A stretch of DNA of 37,271 nt, from contig JAWOBU010000073.1 in assembly GCA_046484135.1 (NCBI GenBank), forward strand, positions 1 to 37,271, read 5' to 3'. A model generated the notes under the pieces. That model was not told the DNA's origin. It saw nothing but the letters and a program-made list of their open reading frames with translations, and did no database searches. Source of the stretch: a bacterium (lineage in GTDB: Bacteria; RBG-13-61-14; DATKZS01). Below, one piece after another: positions 34,630-37,271 of the stretch (position 1 is the first letter of the stretch; every line of letters starts with the position of its first letter). The position numbers and the translations under genes were made by a program.

Positions 34630-34860
34630 ATGCCTATTTACGATTACAAGTGCCGGGGTTGCGGGGCCGCGTTCGAGGTGCTACTCGACGCGGGCGAGAC
34701 CGCTTCCTGCCCGGAGTGCGGCGGCGCCGAACTCGAGCGGTCCCTCACCGCGCCCGGTCGGGTCGGCGTCTCCACCCCCGGCGGAGGGCTTCAGTGCGGC
34801 AGGGACACCACCTGTTGCGGAAGCTCCGAACCCTGCGACAAGCCGGGCTGTCATAAGTAA
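34630..34860 (+). CDS. FmdB-family zinc ribbon protein with Cys-rich tail
   Basis: MPIYDYKCRGCG...CPECG signature plus five additional Cys. Confidence 0.88.
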   Translation: MPIYDYKCRGCGAAFEVLLDAGETASCPECGGAELERSLTAPGRVGVSTPGGGLQCGRDTTCCGSSEPCDKPGCHK

Positions 34861-34874
34861 GAGCCATGCTCCAT

Positions 34875-34905
34875 AAAAAAGGGGCGGCAATCGCCGGCCC
34901 TTTTT
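34875..34905. terminator. Bidirectional intrinsic terminator
   Basis: AAAAAA-GGGGCGGC-AATC-GCCGGCCC-TTTTT between convergent genes. Confidence 0.7.
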
Positions 34906-34924
34906 AAACCCGTGTGCACGAGTA

Positions 34925-36787
34925 TCAGAAGCACCTCTCCGGTATTTCCATCATGTCGTTGTTTTCGCTCTTTATGGTCTTGGCCACCGCTTCTACGTGG
35001 GGCAGGAAGAAGTCAGTGAAAAAGGTGGCGGAGTAGATTTTGCCCTTGTAGAAGGCGGCCTCGTCGTTCTCCTCGATTATCTTGGCCCGGGCCTCGTCGT
35101 CGTCTGCACTTTTTTCTTTGCAGATTTCTTCGAACTTCTGATCAGCGATCAAAAGCTGCTCGGCCAGACACCAGCCGGTTATCATGTGCCCGAAAGCCTC
35201 CATGTAGGGGGTGGCGAACTTGACCGGGAACTTGGTGTCTCCGCCCATTCCCTTGCCGGCAAACAGCTTGGACACCTCGTCCACTGATTCGACCGCGGTA
35301 CCGAGCTTCTCGAAGACGCCGCCGTACTTTTCATGCCCCTTGTTGTTCTCCACGAACTCGCGCAGCTCGGCCATCAGGTCGTTGTAGGGCTTCATCTGTT
35401 TCTTTAAGTTGAGCACCTTCCTTCCCACCAGGTCGAGCGCCTGGATGGCGTTGGTCCCCTCGTAGATGGACGCGATCTTCGAGTCCCGCATGTACTGCTC
35501 CACGTGGTACTCGGTGGTGTAGCCGTATCCTCCGAACACCTGGATGGCCTCGCGGGTGGACAGGAACCCCATGTCCGAACAATAGGCCTTGATAACCGGC
35601 GTCAGAATGGCCAGCCGGTCCTCGTACTTTTCCTTTTCTTCGTCGGACTCGGCCAGGCTGGAGAGAGTGCTGTACATGACTCCCTTGTAAAGCATGGCCC
35701 TCATGCCTTCCACCAGACACTTCTGGTGAAGGAGCATCCTCTTGACGTCCGGATGCTTGATGATCTCGACGCGGGGAGCGTTCACGTCTTTCATGTTGTC
35801 AATGTCCGTTCCCTGCACCCTTTCATTGGCGTACTTGAGGGAGTGAAGGTAAGCGGCGGACGCCGCGGCCAGGCCCTGCATGCCGGTGCCGATCCGGGCC
35901 TCGTTCATCATGACGAACATGTACTTGATGCCCTGGTTGATCTCTCCCACCAGCTCGCCCACGCAGGGGCCCTCGTCTCCGAAGAGCAGCTCGCAGGTGG
36001 GGGACCCGTGGATGCCCATCTTTTCTTCCACCTTGGGGCACTTGACGTTGTTGTAGTCTCCCAGCGAGCCGTCGTCGTTCACCCAGTACTTGGGCACGAT
36101 AAAGAGGCTGATCCCCTTGATGCCGGCAGGCGATCCTTCGGCGCGGGCCAGAACCAGGTGGATCATGTTCTCGCACATATCGTGGTCGCCGCAGCTTATG
36201 AATATCTTGCTGCCGTTTATCTCCCACAGGCCGTCATCGCGCTTTTTGGCCGTGCTTTTCAGGTCTCCCACCGCGCTGCCAGCGGAAGGCTCGGTCAGGC
36301 ACATGGTGCCCTGCCACTTGCCCTCGACCATCTTGGGCATGTACTTCTGGTTCTGCTCTTCGGTGCAGTATTCTTCCATGAGGTGGCCGGCCGCACGGGT
36401 CAGACCGGGGAACATGGAAAAGGCGATGGAGGCGGACATGATCTTTTCGGTCACCGCAATGCCGATGATCTCGGGAAGTCCCTGCCCGCCGTACTCCTCG
36501 GGCGAGGCCAGGCCGGTCCAGCCGCCTTCGCACATGGTGTCATAGGGGGCGTGGTATGAGGGAGGAGCCTTGACTTGTCCGTCCTCAATGTGAACGCCTT
36601 CCTCGTCGCCCGCAAAGTTGGCCTCGTAAACCTGGCCCTCAGCGAACTTGCTGGCCTCATCAAAGATCATGTTGAACTCGTCCTTGCCGTACCCCTGGAA
36701 ATAAGGATTGTCCAGGTACTTCTCCAGCCCGAGCTGCTCCCAGATCACAAACTGGACGTCCCGATCGTCCAAAACCGTTTTACCCAT
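34925..36787 (-). CDS. Acyl-CoA dehydrogenase (about 600-aa FadE5/DmdC-like group)
   Basis: GTMCLTEPSAGS, GSKIFIS, KMGIHGSPTC, MMNEAR, QVFGGYGY and IYEGTNAIQALDL; AAGGAGG RBS. Confidence 0.95.
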   Translation of the reverse strand: MGKTVLDDRDVQFVIWEQLGLEKYLDNPYFQGYGKDEFNMIFDEASKFAEGQVYEANFAGDEEGVHIEDGQVKAPPSYHAPYDTMCEGGWTGLASPEEYGGQGLPEIIGIAVTEKIMSASIAFSMFPGLTRAAGHLMEEYCTEEQNQKYMPKMVEGKWQGTMCLTEPSAGSAVGDLKSTAKKRDDGLWEINGSKIFISCGDHDMCENMIHLVLARAEGSPAGIKGISLFIVPKYWVNDDGSLGDYNNVKCPKVEEKMGIHGSPTCELLFGDEGPCVGELVGEINQGIKYMFVMMNEARIGTGMQGLAAASAAYLHSLKYANERVQGTDIDNMKDVNAPRVEIIKHPDVKRMLLHQKCLVEGMRAMLYKGVMYSTLSSLAESDEEKEKYEDRLAILTPVIKAYCSDMGFLSTREAIQVFGGYGYTTEYHVEQYMRDSKIASIYEGTNAIQALDLVGRKVLNLKKQMKPYNDLMAELREFVENNKGHEKYGGVFEKLGTAVESVDEVSKLFAGKGMGGDTKFPVKFATPYMEAFGHMITGWCLAEQLLIADQKFEEICKEKSADDDEARAKIIEENDEAAFYKGKIYSATFFTDFFLPHVEAVAKTIKSENNDMMEIPERCF

Positions 36788-37004
36788 ATCTTCCTCCTTG
36801 ATTTGAATTGCTCGAGTCGGTCCACCGAACCGGACCGGTTTTTAACTTCTCCGGACCAAGGACCGCTTGCGGCCCGGGCCGGTAACATCCGTTTTCTTGC
36901 AAAAGGAGAGCGTTGGCGCTGAAGGTGTTGCCGGGATTCCAGCCCTTACCATCGAGCTGAATCTCTTTTTCAGCCATTGCTGTTTCCCGATCCTTCCCGG
37001 CTTC

Positions 37005-37022
37005 TGAATGAACCCTCATTCA
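37005..37022. promoter_or_regulatory. FadR(YsiA)-type TetR-family operator
   Basis: Palindrome TGAATGA-ACCC-TCATTCA; arms and spacing match the Bacillus FadR box TGAATGANTANTCATTCA. Confidence 0.7.
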
Positions 37023-37037
37023 TTAAAAACAAAACAT

Positions 37038-37066
37038 ATTATACCACCTCTGAAAAAAGGATGCAA
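37038..37066 (-). promoter_or_regulatory. Sigma70 promoter of the acyl-CoA dehydrogenase
   Basis: Minus strand TTGCAT-17 nt-TATAAT with extended -10 (TGG-TATAAT). Confidence 0.7.
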
Positions 37067-37174
37067 GGAAAAATAAAACTCAGGGCGTGCGACATATTTG
37101 GTGGCTGTTGTATATAACTTCTTTTTTTGCTATAATTCTGAATGTATAGTAAACATTCAGAAAGGAGACTGACC

Positions 37175-37271
37175 ATGACTACTGAAAGCAAGCGGCAGAA
37201 AAAAGAAGCGGAAGAGTTGATCAATGAGCTGCGACAAATCGGGGAATTCAGGAAAGGCTCGCTGAATTCGG
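37175..37271 (+). CDS. Partial CDS, possibly DUF6788-like small protein
   Basis: AAGGAG RBS then MTTESKRQKKEAEELINELRQIGEFRKGSLNS...; runs off the window. Confidence 0.5.
   Translation, partial: MTTESKRQKKEAEELINELRQIGEFRKGSLNS

Overview
A GC-rich, gene-dense chromosomal segment of an anaerobic bacterium; gene content (class III cytochrome c, Hmc/Tmc-type redox proteins, ORP-type cluster) suggests Desulfobacterota or a related deltaproteobacterial lineage (inference). Left to right: a truncated B12-dependent radical SAM gene missed by the ORF track, a large helical hypothetical protein, a GltS-family symporter with an unusual N-terminal SLH-like domain, an SDR and small hypotheticals, a secreted GH105/GH88 hydrolase, an acyl-CoA synthetase (NDP-forming) alpha subunit, a large lipoprotein, gltX, a cyclophilin-like protein, a second B12 radical SAM enzyme, a kce-larB-larC-sensor kinase run in which the 1631-aa kinase has two phospho-acceptor His boxes, a ThDP enzyme, a C69 peptidase, a compact three-gene HmcF/HmcE/hexaheme cytochrome module, a DUF5320-NifX-COG1149 x2-Mrp-NifX-FmdB metal-cluster handling locus, an acyl-CoA dehydrogenase and the start of a further gene. 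Non-coding signals include a dispersed REP-like palindrome family, a DtxR/MntR-type palindrome over the promoter of the DUF5320/ORP cluster, a Fur-like box before the Hmc-like module and a FadR(YsiA)-type box in the acyl-CoA dehydrogenase promoter. No tRNA, rRNA, CRISPR array or complete mobile element was seen. All calls come from motif recognition by eye; no database searches were run.
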